The notes under the pieces are model-generated. The model was not told the origin of the DNA. It searched no databases and worked only from the letters and a program-made list of their open reading frames with translations. Source: Hyperthermus butylicus DSM 5456 (GTDB lineage: Archaea > Thermoproteota > Thermoprotei_A > Sulfolobales > Pyrodictiaceae). Taken from it: DNA of 32,000 bases. This document shows positions 17,314 through 26,423 of this stretch, in pieces. The translations under genes and the position numbers were made by a program. The stretch spans positions 960,001-992,000 of the forward strand of contig NC_008818.1 of assembly GCF_000015145.1 (NCBI RefSeq), in the 5' to 3' direction. The first letter of the stretch is position 1, and each line of letters opens with the position of its first letter.

Positions 17314-19191
17314 CTACTCCAGCGCAACCTCCTTCTCAAGGTATACTAGCGTGGGCCTCTTGGATACGTAGCGTGGAAGTGTTGACTGTACTCTCGGGTA
17401 TCCCTCAAGGTCTTTTAGCACCATTTCCAGCAGCTCCTCGGGCTTCACCGCTACCCTATCGTTGGTGCGTCGTATGGTTACGTTGACGGTGCCGGTTTCC
17501 ACCTCGCGGTCGCCTATAACCGCTATGTAGGGTATCCACTCCCTAGCTGCATCCCTTATCCTCCTTCCCAGGCTTAACTGTCTATCATCAATATCGACCC
17601 TTATAAGGTGCCGTTCCAGCAGACTTGCAACCTTCTCGGCATGGCTGAGCTGTTGCTCTGAGGACGGATTGACCGGGATTAGCCTTACTTGTATTGGTGC
17701 CAGCCATGTTGGTATGTAGGGTGTCTGGCCGCGCCGCTCCATCTTTACAGCGGCATCGAATACCATGTATATGTATCTCTCAATGGAGCCTATGAGTGCA
17801 GTATGTATTATCACAGGGTAATGCTCCTTGTTATTCTCATCGACATATCTTATTCCGAACCTTTTCGCGTTGCCGACGTCAAATTGGAAAGTTGCTATCT
17901 CCCGGGGCCTGCCAGCAGAATCCACAATGTGATACTCGACGTTAACTACCCAGTAGTATATGCCTGCCGGATAGACTGTTATCAAGGCAGGCTTCCCATC
18001 ACGCCTTACGAGTTCTAGTAGTAGGTTGCGTTTCTCCTCCCAGAAGTCCTCGGTTACATTGTATACGGCGTAGTATGTCTGGCCTAGCTTCTCAGCCTCC
18101 CGGTGTATAATCTTTTGCAGCTCCTCAGCAATCTTTACCGCTTCTTCAACGCTGCGAGCCAGTATGTGAAGGTCGGGCATATAGAATCTGCGTAGCCTAA
18201 AGCAGAGTGTAACCTCTCCACTCTGCTCGAGCCTGTAGCTATCGGCAATCTCGAACATTCCGAGCGGAAGGTCCCGGTAGCTGAGAACATAGTCTTTAAG
18301 CATAGAGAACTGTTGATGGCATGCCGCGTATCTCATGACGAGGTGTTTCTTATCAGCCCATAGTTCATAGAGGCGGTCGCCGAAGAGTGCTGCATGTTCA
18401 TAGACGGGCTTTTCTGCCAGGTCGAACATGTTTGTACCCTTAACCTTTAGCACGGGGATTGTGAGGCTTCTAGCAAGTATCCATGCATACTCGCCTACAG
18501 CCTCTATCATTAGTGTAGCGTGTGGCTCGTAGCGCATGTGTCCGTAATCGGATAATGGCTCCCATTCAAAACCGAATTTTGCGCACAGCTTGTTAACTGG
18601 ATTTTCAACTCCGCCAATCTCCTTGCCGAGAGCCTCCTTCTCTATTACAGCCCTAAACTCTGGAGAAGCCTTCTCAAGGAACTCTTCGGGACTATAGACT
18701 TCGCCCTCCGGGGTTAGAACGTAGTACTTCTTCTTAACCTCAACCCTAGCCGTGGTCTTAGCCTCGTAGTTTCTTGAAAGCTCTGATAATGGGTGACCGT
18801 GGCAGTGCAGCTCAAACTCCTTATACCAGCCAAATGGTGCCCTGCTAACCTCAAACTTGTCGCTAGCCAGCTTCTTTATCTCCAACTCGAGCATTGCTAA
18901 GATATTCTTGGCTTGATGAGGCGGTGCAAGCTTTTGTGAGAGATGGGCATAGGGGTACACGACTATCGTCTTAGCTCCAACCTTTGAGGCTATCTCAACG
19001 ATATCCTTGGCAGCAGTCTCTACGACTTCCTTTGGGTTGCTAGTATCGCGGCTCTCAACAGTGGTAAATACGACGAGGGCGTTCTCGAAGCTGCCTTCTC
19101 CTTGTACGCCGTTAATATCTTCTGCCTCAGGTATAGCTTTCATCCTTGTCCGGTAGATGAACCGTTTAGCATGTATTAGTAGCACTCTCAA
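17314..19191 (-). CDS. thrS: Threonyl-tRNA synthetase, archaeal type with N-terminal editing domain
   Basis: 625 aa; N-terminal MRVLLIHAKRF...ALVVFTTVESRD, HCHGHPLSELSR, catalytic MRYAACHQQFSMLKDY, ERYIYMVFDAA, anticodon-binding domain near the C-terminus. Confidence 0.94.
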   Translation of the reverse strand: MRVLLIHAKRFIYRTRMKAIPEAEDINGVQGEGSFENALVVFTTVESRDTSNPKEVVETAAKDIVEIASKVGAKTIVVYPYAHLSQKLAPPHQAKNILAMLELEIKKLASDKFEVSRAPFGWYKEFELHCHGHPLSELSRNYEAKTTARVEVKKKYYVLTPEGEVYSPEEFLEKASPEFRAVIEKEALGKEIGGVENPVNKLCAKFGFEWEPLSDYGHMRYEPHATLMIEAVGEYAWILARSLTIPVLKVKGTNMFDLAEKPVYEHAALFGDRLYELWADKKHLVMRYAACHQQFSMLKDYVLSYRDLPLGMFEIADSYRLEQSGEVTLCFRLRRFYMPDLHILARSVEEAVKIAEELQKIIHREAEKLGQTYYAVYNVTEDFWEEKRNLLLELVRRDGKPALITVYPAGIYYWVVNVEYHIVDSAGRPREIATFQFDVGNAKRFGIRYVDENNKEHYPVIIHTALIGSIERYIYMVFDAAVKMERRGQTPYIPTWLAPIQVRLIPVNPSSEQQLSHAEKVASLLERHLIRVDIDDRQLSLGRRIRDAAREWIPYIAVIGDREVETGTVNVTIRRTNDRVAVKPEELLEMVLKDLEGYPRVQSTLPRYVSKRPTLVYLEKEVALE

Positions 19192-19325
19192 AACGCTACA
19201 CCTAGGCCAAGCAATTAGCCCAGCACATCACAGCTCGGCGAGGATTATTTAAGGGGTTTCGCGGGTCGACATGTGCTTTTAAGCTAAGGCCGTCAAGAGA
19301 ATAGTTTCGGCCGGGTCAAGAGCAG

Positions 19326-19333
19326 TATATAAA
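19326..19333 (+). promoter_or_regulatory. TATA box of radA
   Basis: TATATAAA, 35-42 nt upstream of the ATG at 19368, consistent with an archaeal promoter and a short leader. Confidence 0.7.
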
Positions 19334-19349
19334 GGTGTTACTACACCTT
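19332..19349. promoter_or_regulatory. Perfect palindrome overlapping the TATA edge of radA (possible operator)
   Basis: AAGGTGT-TACT-ACACCTT, 7-bp perfect arms. Confidence 0.5.
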
Positions 19350-19367
19350 CATGCCCGGGATAGTAGG

Positions 19368-20339
19368 ATGGCTAAACAAGAAATAAAGTCGATAACCGAT
19401 CTTCCTGGCGTAGGTCCAGCTACAGCTAACAAGCTAATTGAAGCAGGCTATGCTACCATAGAAGCTATAGCTGTTGCGACGCCACAGGAGCTGAGCGCAG
19501 CAGCAGGCATACCGCTAACGGCTGCCCAGAGAATAATAAAGGCTGCACGTGAAGCTCTCGATATAAGATTCAAGACAGCCCTCGAGGTAAAGAAGGAGCG
19601 TATGCAGACCAGGAAGATAACAACTGGCAGTAGAAACCTTGACGATCTACTAGGCGGCGGAATAGAGACCAAGACAATAACAGAGTTCTTTGGCGAGTTT
19701 GGTAGTGGAAAGACACAAATATGCCACCAGCTAGCTGTAAACGTGCAGTTACCCATTGAGAAGGGAGGTCTAAGCACGCAGGACAGGGTAGCTAAGGCTG
19801 TCTACATCGATACTGAGGGAACATTCCGGTGGGAACGCTTAGAAAACATGGCGAAGAGATGGGGGCTAGACCCCGACGAGGTTATGTCGAACATATTCTA
19901 CATAAGAGCCATAAATAGTGACCATCAGATGGCGATAGTCGACGAACTGTTTAACATAGTGCCCAAGGAGAACATTAAGCTCGTAATAGTGGACTCAGTT
20001 ACTAGCCACTTCAGAGCCGAATACCCGGGCAGGGAGAACCTTGCTGCTAGACAGCAGAAGCTCAACAGACACCTGCACCAGCTTGCAAAGCTAGCAGAGG
20101 TCTATGATCTAGCAGTGGTAATCACGAACCAGGTTATGGCTAGGCCAGACGTCTTCTATGGCGATCCAACCCAGGCTGTAGGTGGGCATGTATTATACCA
20201 TGCGCCGGGTGTGAGGGTGCAGCTTAGGAAGAGCAGGGGTAACAAGCGCATAGCAAGAATAGTGGACGCGCCGCATCTGCCAGAGGGCGAGGCAGTGTTC
20301 GTGATAACAGACTACGGCATAGCAGACCCGGAGGACTAG
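19368..20339 (+). CDS. radA: DNA repair and recombination protein RadA
   Basis: HhH region [111 protein letters not shown] prefer the ATG at 19368 (MAKQEIKS) over the track's 19335, because 19335 lies at the TATA/palindrome. Confidence 0.97.
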   Translation: MAKQEIKSITDLPGVGPATANKLIEAGYATIEAIAVATPQELSAAAGIPLTAAQRIIKAAREALDIRFKTALEVKKERMQTRKITTGSRNLDDLLGGGIETKTITEFFGEFGSGKTQICHQLAVNVQLPIEKGGLSTQDRVAKAVYIDTEGTFRWERLENMAKRWGLDPDEVMSNIFYIRAINSDHQMAIVDELFNIVPKENIKLVIVDSVTSHFRAEYPGRENLAARQQKLNRHLHQLAKLAEVYDLAVVITNQVMARPDVFYGDPTQAVGGHVLYHAPGVRVQLRKSRGNKRIARIVDAPHLPEGEAVFVITDYGIADPED

Positions 20340-20348
20340 CGAGCTAAG

Positions 20349-20792
20349 CTAGCACCTCCACACTATGCAACTATTACATGCTGCTATAGCTTCTTCATCT
20401 AGCTCTACAACCGATCTTTTCCAGTGAAACTTGATCATGCAATCGTCAAGCACTATAACTGGTACTTTAACACGTAGCTTGAGGCCGCTAAGTTCGTCGC
20501 GTACATGCTCCTCATCGCTTTCGAGCTTGATACTCTTAGCAACGCATACGAATAGCATCCTGCGGAGAGCCTGGCGCTCAAATACTATGACGCTGTACGT
20601 CCCCTCCCCAGCCTCTATGTGTGCCGAAGCACTGGTAATAACGAGTCTCAGCTGTCTGTCATCTCGGCTCGAGTAGGGGAGCCTTACCGGCCTAAGCCTG
20701 GCAGTAACTTCGCCAAGCCGGCTACTATGAATACCGAGCTTCGACAAAACGGTATTAATGGCGGCTTCCAGACAGCTATCACTCGCCATCAA
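20349..20792 (-). CDS. Hypothetical protein
   Basis: 147-aa ORF filling the gap between radA and the prepilin-peptidase-like gene; no family recognised. Confidence 0.5.
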   Translation of the reverse strand: MMASDSCLEAAINTVLSKLGIHSSRLGEVTARLRPVRLPYSSRDDRQLRLVITSASAHIEAGEGTYSVIVFERQALRRMLFVCVAKSIKLESDEEHVRDELSGLKLRVKVPVIVLDDCMIKFHWKRSVVELDEEAIAACNSCIVWRC

Positions 20793-20819
20793 AGAGCCCC
20801 CTAGGAGGGTGAGGAGTAG

Positions 20820-21548
20820 GTGTACGCTGCTTTAACAGCTCTAGTCGTGCTAACAATACTCTCACTCTACGATATAAAGCAGCGCGAGCTGCCTCCGCAA
20901 ATAGTATACGCAGGGCTAGCTGCAACTCTACTAGTACGCATAGCCGAGTATATGCTTGCAAGTCTAAACTATGTAGGTCCAATACCAGCTAGGGCTTACA
21001 TAGCATTAGATCTGGCGCTGCTGTCATCATATGCTGTTGTAGCCCTACTAGGGCTCCACGGCTGGGGTGACGTCTTCACACTAGCAATAATAGCAGCTGC
21101 ATCTCCCCTTCCCGAGGGAAATATAGAGCTTCTACCCCCGCTCCTCCTAGCAACAATATACTATGTCGCCATAATGGTCCTCTATGCGATAGCTAATGCA
21201 GTCATAAACATCGTAAAACATGCTGATAAGCTTGCAAAGATACCTCTACGCTACAGGATAGCTTACTTACTAATCGCGCAGCCGATACGAGCCAAGCAGT
21301 TCCTGGAGAACAAGCGGAAATGGTGGTATCCACTATCACTATGTAGCTACAAGATAACTTTCAACATATACCACAACCCCGAGGACGTTGCAAGAGAGGT
21401 TAGGGAGGCAATAAGGAGAGGCTGCATACGCAAAGAGGACACGGTATGGGCAACATATGGCATGCCGGCGGTCCCCCTACTAGCGGCATCCTACTTCATA
21501 GCCCTGCTAGTCGGAGATAAACCCCTACTAGCACTAGTATCAGCCTAG
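20820..21548 (+). CDS. Prepilin peptidase-like (A24/PibD-FlaK-like) membrane protein
   Basis: 242 aa; LSLYDIKQRELPPQIVY near the N-terminus (first Asp motif) and GLHGWGDVFTLA (GxGD motif) in a polytopic membrane protein. Confidence 0.75.
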   Translation: MYAALTALVVLTILSLYDIKQRELPPQIVYAGLAATLLVRIAEYMLASLNYVGPIPARAYIALDLALLSSYAVVALLGLHGWGDVFTLAIIAAASPLPEGNIELLPPLLLATIYYVAIMVLYAIANAVINIVKHADKLAKIPLRYRIAYLLIAQPIRAKQFLENKRKWWYPLSLCSYKITFNIYHNPEDVAREVREAIRRGCIRKEDTVWATYGMPAVPLLAASYFIALLVGDKPLLALVSA

Positions 21549-21587
21549 ACGCTTTGAACCGCAGAGCCGAGGAGGGGTGCAGCAGAA

Positions 21588-22145
21588 TTGTCTGAGCCGC
21601 TAATGCCTGTATTGTTTGCCCCATGGAGATTCAAGTACATAAAATCGACGGTTGAAGCCGAGAAGCAGGTCTGCATCTTCTGCGAAGCGCCACGAAAACC
21701 AGACGATGAAAGCCTCATACTATACCGTGGAAAACATAGCTACGTAATAATGAACCTCTACCCCTACAACACGGGTCACGTAATGGTAGTACCCTATAGG
21801 CATGTGGCAAACATAGAAGACCTATCCGACGAAGAACTGCTAGAGATGGCAAGACTAGTCAAACTATCCATAAAAGCCATAAGGGAGGTATATCGGCCCC
21901 ACGGGTTCAACATAGGCATAAACATTGGCCGTGTAGCAGGCGCCGGTGTAGACAAGCATGTACACATACACATTGTTCCACGCTGGAACGGCGATACAAA
22001 CTTCATGCCAATAATAGCAGGCGTAAAAGTGGTATCACAAGATGTGAAGGAATCATACAAAATGCTCAAGCCGGCCTTTAACCGTGCAGCCCACGAGCTA
22101 GAGAGCTGGAAAGACCCTTCTCAACACCATCAAGATAAAGCCTAA
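21588..22145 (+). CDS. HIT-family nucleotide hydrolase/transferase
   Basis: 185 aa; CIFCEAP, YPYNTGHVMVVPYRH, GAGVDKHVHIHIVPRW (HxHxH). Confidence 0.92.
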   Translation: MSEPLMPVLFAPWRFKYIKSTVEAEKQVCIFCEAPRKPDDESLILYRGKHSYVIMNLYPYNTGHVMVVPYRHVANIEDLSDEELLEMARLVKLSIKAIREVYRPHGFNIGINIGRVAGAGVDKHVHIHIVPRWNGDTNFMPIIAGVKVVSQDVKESYKMLKPAFNRAAHELESWKDPSQHHQDKA

Positions 22146-22500
22146 TCTCACCTATATGACCCATGATCTCGTCCCTAACCCTTGAGAGGCCGCGCATGCT
22201 ATGCAGCGCTTCCATACGGTTCCTAACAGCTGCAGCGTACCTAGCGAGAAGCTTAGCCTTCTCAGCATATGCTACAGCAGCATCAAACCCAGCGTCAACA
22301 AGCATCTCCAGTACACGCGCAAGCTCAGCCAAGTCGTTCTCAAGTCTTCGGGAGAATAGGCTGGACTCTATAGCTAGTAAGTCGTCCTCGATCTGGGCTA
22401 GTAGTTTTATAGCCCTTCTAACGAGTTCTATTGCTTGTTGGCTAGCCTTCCCTAAGCCTGTAGACCATGCGCTTTCTCTCATAGTCTGGCTCCCTAACAA
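22078..22500 (-). CDS. Hypothetical helical protein
   Basis: 140-aa ORF with heptad-like helical content; its 3' end overlaps the HIT gene by 68 nt in convergent orientation. Confidence 0.5.
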   Translation of the reverse strand: MLGSQTMRESAWSTGLGKASQQAIELVRRAIKLLAQIEDDLLAIESSLFSRRLENDLAELARVLEMLVDAGFDAAVAYAEKAKLLARYAAAVRNRMEALHSMRGLSRVRDEIMGHIGEIRLYLDGVEKGLSSSLARGLHG

Positions 22501-22687
22501 CTATATTCTCTCTAACGAGGCTGCTCAAAATTTCTCTTATCTCAAACTTCCTGGCAGACCCAGCAAGCCTCGAGCTAACACCCTCAAATATCTCGTCAAA
22601 GGTTAGTGGGCCTCTAGCCTCTTTCAAGACCTCGATTATAGCTCTGGCCACGTCCTCCCGGCCCAACCCAGTTACACCAAACCCCAA
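22442..22687 (-). CDS. Small winged-helix-like protein
   Basis: 81 aa; AIIEVLKEARGPLTFDEIFEGVSSRLAGSARKFEIREILSSLVRENIVVREPDYERKRMVYRL has the pattern of a wHTH domain. Confidence 0.55.
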   Translation of the reverse strand: MGFGVTGLGREDVARAIIEVLKEARGPLTFDEIFEGVSSRLAGSARKFEIREILSSLVRENIVVREPDYERKRMVYRLREG

Positions 22688-22697
22688 GACAGCAGTA

Positions 22698-22979
22698 GTG
22701 CGGGAAAAACGCTATATTGCGGACGCACGTGCCGTAGAACCCTTCCAGGAGAAGGGTGTAGCTATGGGGGACTACGAGCTAGTACTTGTTGAAGAATATG
22801 AACTCCTCGGCGAGAAGAGGTACAGATTCCAGCTAAAAGGCACATCAATATTCCTAAACGTCTCAGCAAACAACGTTGAGGAGGCGCGCGAGAAAGCCAG
22901 GCGGATGGTTAGGGAGATACAACTAGATGCCCTTCTCCGCTACATAGCTGCACAAACTGAGCAGAAGACGGCCAGTTAA
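22698..22979 (+). CDS. Hypothetical protein, probably starting downstream at an internal ATG (MGDYELVLVEEYELLGEKRYRF...)
   Basis: 93-aa ORF; the first ~22 residues look non-coding, and an ATG at 22764 gives a compact 71-aa product. Confidence 0.5.
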   Translation: MREKRYIADARAVEPFQEKGVAMGDYELVLVEEYELLGEKRYRFQLKGTSIFLNVSANNVEEAREKARRMVREIQLDALLRYIAAQTEQKTAS

Positions 22980-23212
22980 ATCTTCTTTGATGGAGCCCGA
23001 GCCTTTCTTAGCTCCTCGAACTCCTTTACAACATCCATAGCTGCCCTCCTAAACTCTCTCTCGTCGAGTCTCTCCACGAACAATCTAAAGAACCTCGCCA
23101 GGCACGACTTACTATGAAAGGTTAATTCCACGTTAGCCCTCCTAATGATTATGCCTTGCCCCTCCGGGAAAACCCTACCGCATACAACACAAGTATACTT
23201 CTTCACCGCCAT
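22976..23212 (-). CDS. Small zinc-finger (TRASH/L24e-like) protein
   Basis: 78 aa; CVVCGRVFPEGQGIIIRRANVELTFHSKSCLARFFRLF, CxxC...HxxxC pattern. Confidence 0.65.
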   Translation of the reverse strand: MAVKKYTCVVCGRVFPEGQGIIIRRANVELTFHSKSCLARFFRLFVERLDEREFRRAAMDVVKEFEELRKARAPSKKI

Positions 23213-23368
23213 TGCTCAGCGCCGTAGTAGGGCTTGACGCATAATTATATTAAACCCTATCGCAGCAACACAACCACTCTCTAGGGCTGCATCCTAGACT
23301 TTGAGGAGGCAACCTACCAGCCCGAGCAGCCTGCTGGTGTTAGGGTAGTCTCCCGGAAGGCAAGGGTA

Positions 23369-26248
23369 ATGAGCGAGGAGAGGGTGTATATGCAAAGCAG
23401 GCTAGAGTTCGAGGGTGCTATGTCGCTACTCCACGAGAAGGTACGGGAGCTAATACGGCTCCGTGGCTGGAGAGAGCTGACTGAGATCCAGGAGAAAGCG
23501 ATTAAGCCAATACTGGAGGGTCATAATGTATTCATTGTAGCGCCCACTGGTTACGGGAAAACAGAGGCTGCACTACTACCCATACTCTCAAGGATGCTTG
23601 AGGAGAGGGTTGAGCCTGTAGCACTCCTCTACATCACCCCGCTGCGTGCACTAATAAATGACATCTATGAACGCATAAGCTGGTGGGCATCACGCTTTGG
23701 TTTCATAGTGGCTCGAAAGCATGGTGATGTGCCGCACTCGGAGCGCACTCGGAGGCTACGTCATGCACCACACATCCTAGTCACAACGCCCGAGAGCCTA
23801 GAGATAGATCTTGACTGGGCGCCAAAGTTCCGGCAGTATTACCGCAACCTCCGCTGGGTTATAGTTGACGAGGTCCACGAGATAGTTTCCAATAAACGAG
23901 GCGTACAGCTAGCAGTTCTACTCGAAAGGTTCCGCCGCATAGCTGGCGACTTCCAGCTCATAATGATATCTGCTACTATAGGTGAGCCAACGATAGCAGC
24001 ACGAGCATTTACCGGTAGCTCCCGCAGACCATTAACCGTTGTCTCGGTCGAAAAGCGGAAGCCAATAGAGATAGTTGTGGACTATGTAGAGGCGCCGAGC
24101 ACTAAATTCTGGAGAGCAGCTGCAGAAAAGCTTGTAAAGCACATGGAGCCCTTAACACTTGTGTTCGTGAACTCTAAGCATGCTGCCGAGAAGCTTCACG
24201 GCGAAATAGAGAGGATGGGTGTTGAAGGAGTAGTTGTTCACCATGCCTCAATACATGGAGAGGAGAGGCGCCGCATAGAGAAGATGGCGAAGGAAGGAAA
24301 GCTAAACATGATAATAGCAACGAAGACTCTAGAGCTAGGCATCGACATAGGTAGTATTAGGAAGGTCATACTCTTCCGTCCAGCTGGCAGTGTATCCTCC
24401 CTCCTACAGAGGCTCGGCAGGAGCGGCCACACGATAGCTGGCAAGATAAGCGGGATAGTCCTAGCTACGGATCCGCTGGAACTCCTCGAGGCAATAGCGG
24501 AGGCTAGACTAGCAGCTAAGGGTAAAGTTGAGGTGCCAGAGCTTCCAGTTAAACCTCTCGATATGGTTGCTAGAGCTATACTCGGCATGGCGTTATCCGG
24601 CGAATATACAGTAAATGACATGTACGATATACTATCCAAGGTCTACTACTTCCGGGGCCTAACTAGGAGTGAGTTTGACGAACTCATAGACTATCTCAAG
24701 AATGCAAAAATGATAAAGATTAACAACGACGGGAAAGTGTCGTGCGGCCCACAGTTCTACAAGATATGGAGATTCGACGCTGGTGATAGCAAGTATAGCT
24801 GGTGGGTGCAAAACTTCTCACAGTTCTTCACGACTATAGGTGAACGGCGCGCCTACACCGTCCGAACAGTTGACGGCAGGGTTGTAGGTGAGCTTGACAC
24901 AGATTTTGTTGTAAAGGTTCTACGTGTAGGCCACGTTATAAGGCTTGGCGGTAGGAACTGGCAGGTTATAGGAATAGACGAGCACAATGGAAAGGTGGTC
25001 GTAGCTGAGACAGAGCAGTCTATAACAGCTATACCATTCTGGAAGGGTAAGGGGCCAGAACTATCGAGGCTCGTCATAGCCGAGCTCGAGAAGGTCATAC
25101 AAGAAACGCATCGTGGTCAGCTCAACATCCCATCTTCAGTCAAGCTCACTGAGTCTGCTGCAGCAGTACTAAACGGTATCATAGGCGAGGTGCGGAAGTA
25201 CCGCTACCCAGCCCCGGCGAGGAATAAGGTAATCGTTGAGAAGCTTGCAGACGAGGACGTCTATGTCGTGTTAGCACCGGAGCGTGTGGTAAGGACTCTT
25301 GCCTACTTGGTAATGCTTGAGGCCTACCGGTCTAGTAGCGATGTATACGTGAAACTTAACCACTACGGCTTTGCGGTACCCTCTCACTCAATAGCGTTTA
25401 ATCCGCTAAAATTCTTGGTTAGCCTTACACGCGAAGAGTTCGAAGAAAGGCTAAGGGAGGCAGTTACGCGGTCACCATACTTTGCGGAGGAAGCACACAA
25501 TATACAGCTCGTATTCGGCGTAACTAGGAAGATAAAAAGGAGTGATGGCGTGGCCTTTGAGGAGATTGCAAGGCAGACGCTTCAAAATTACTTTGACCCC
25601 GAAGCTGCATGGGAGCTAATACAAGGTATACGTGAGGGCAGGATAAAGATCGTTTTCAACCAGAGTAGAACCAGCATGTATGCCAGGAGTGTAGTTGAAG
25701 AGGTTCCCGAGAAACCCTGGGTAGGCGATGTCGGAGAGTTGATAGCAGAGACGCTAGAAGGCATGGCGTTTACGGTTGAAGAGCTTGCAGATGCTATAGG
25801 TGTGCCGCCAGAGATAGTTGAATCCAAGCTACGAGACCTCGGCAAGCCTGGCGCTGATAACCGTGTATTCTACTTCATAGATGTTGATACTGGCGAGATT
25901 AGATGGGGCCTAGTAAGGGATGCAGCGGGCATAGCTGTTTCAGAGGAGTTCTCGTCATCGTTCACGCCGTTACAACAGGATGGGCTATACCTGGTGCTCG
26001 TTAAGAGTGAGAATGGAACACTGATACATGCCATAGTCCGCGTAGCAGAGTTCGTGAGGAACCCCGAGAAGCTCCTAGAACAAATACCATTCCATGAGAT
26101 TCACGAGGTGAAGGTTGTACCGCTAACCGGTTACTATGAGGGGCAAGCGCCTAGGTACCAGCAAGTGCCGAGAGAGATAGTGCCATATCTAGTACTCAAC
26201 GCTATAGCATTCATACAGAAAATGCAGATGAGCAACCCGCTGATATAA
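23369..26248 (+). CDS. lhr: Lhr-type large superfamily 2 DNA helicase
   Basis: 959 aa; APTGYGKTEAALLPIL, TPLRALINDIYER, TTPESLEIDLD, VIVDEVHEI, MISATIGEP, FVNSKHAAEKL, TLELGIDIGSIRKVILFRPAGSVSSLLQRLGRSGH. Confidence 0.93.
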   Translation: MSEERVYMQSRLEFEGAMSLLHEKVRELIRLRGWRELTEIQEKAIKPILEGHNVFIVAPTGYGKTEAALLPILSRMLEERVEPVALLYITPLRALINDIYERISWWASRFGFIVARKHGDVPHSERTRRLRHAPHILVTTPESLEIDLDWAPKFRQYYRNLRWVIVDEVHEIVSNKRGVQLAVLLERFRRIAGDFQLIMISATIGEPTIAARAFTGSSRRPLTVVSVEKRKPIEIVVDYVEAPSTKFWRAAAEKLVKHMEPLTLVFVNSKHAAEKLHGEIERMGVEGVVVHHASIHGEERRRIEKMAKEGKLNMIIATKTLELGIDIGSIRKVILFRPAGSVSSLLQRLGRSGHTIAGKISGIVLATDPLELLEAIAEARLAAKGKVEVPELPVKPLDMVARAILGMALSGEYTVNDMYDILSKVYYFRGLTRSEFDELIDYLKNAKMIKINNDGKVSCGPQFYKIWRFDAGDSKYSWWVQNFSQFFTTIGERRAYTVRTVDGRVVGELDTDFVVKVLRVGHVIRLGGRNWQVIGIDEHNGKVVVAETEQSITAIPFWKGKGPELSRLVIAELEKVIQETHRGQLNIPSSVKLTESAAAVLNGIIGEVRKYRYPAPARNKVIVEKLADEDVYVVLAPERVVRTLAYLVMLEAYRSSSDVYVKLNHYGFAVPSHSIAFNPLKFLVSLTREEFEERLREAVTRSPYFAEEAHNIQLVFGVTRKIKRSDGVAFEEIARQTLQNYFDPEAAWELIQGIREGRIKIVFNQSRTSMYARSVVEEVPEKPWVGDVGELIAETLEGMAFTVEELADAIGVPPEIVESKLRDLGKPGADNRVFYFIDVDTGEIRWGLVRDAAGIAVSEEFSSSFTPLQQDGLYLVLVKSENGTLIHAIVRVAEFVRNPEKLLEQIPFHEIHEVKVVPLTGYYEGQAPRYQQVPREIVPYLVLNAIAFIQKMQMSNPLI

Positions 26249-26256
26249 CACCATAT

Positions 26257-26314
26257 GGGCGATGAAGACCGCCACGCGCCTGAACTCATGATGAGGGTCC
26301 GTGTTTCAGAGCCC
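26257..26314 (+). ncRNA. C/D-box guide sRNA candidate 1 of a tandem pair downstream of lhr
   Basis: C GCGATGA 26259-26265; D' CTGA 26280-26283; C' ATGATGA 26288-26294; 12-nt D guide GGGTCCGTGTTT 26295-26306; D-like CAGA 26307-26310; flanking GGGC/GCCC. The D guide complements AAACACGGACC, which I recall from the conserved GAAACACGGACCAAGG segment of 23S/28S rRNA. Confidence 0.72.
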
Positions 26315-26331
26315 CCAACACCTTTACGGCT

Positions 26332-26392
26332 GGGCGTGATGAACTCTCGTCTCCCGAGCAAGTGCTATGAGGATGTTATCCCCGGCTGACCC
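26332..26392 (+). ncRNA. C/D-box guide sRNA candidate 2 of the tandem pair
   Basis: Stem GGG 26332-26334 / CCC 26390-26392; C GTGATGA 26336-26342; C'-like ATGAGGA 26367-26373; 12-nt D guide TGTTATCCCCGG 26374-26385; D CTGA 26386-26389. The D guide is the exact complement of CCGGGGAUAACA in the 23S rRNA peptidyl-transferase centre. Confidence 0.85.
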
Positions 26393-26423
26393 TTAGCAGG
26401 GTTGCTGGAGTGGTGGCAGCGTC

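Noticed and set aside
17157-17339. Minus-strand 60-aa ORF
   Set aside because: Overlaps the thrS 3' end and lacks motifs; Trp/Cys-rich composition looks random.
19335-19367. Upstream start for RadA ([11 protein letters not shown]...)
   Set aside because: Would start inside the promoter palindrome beside the TATA box; the ATG at 19368 gives the expected N-terminus and a short leader.
23200-23368. Possible regulatory RNA upstream of lhr
   Set aside because: Only short, weak self-complementary stretches; no C/D, H/ACA or stable hairpin layout.
26134-26361. Minus-strand 75-aa ORF
   Set aside because: Covers the end of lhr and the sRNA candidates in antisense; no family signal.
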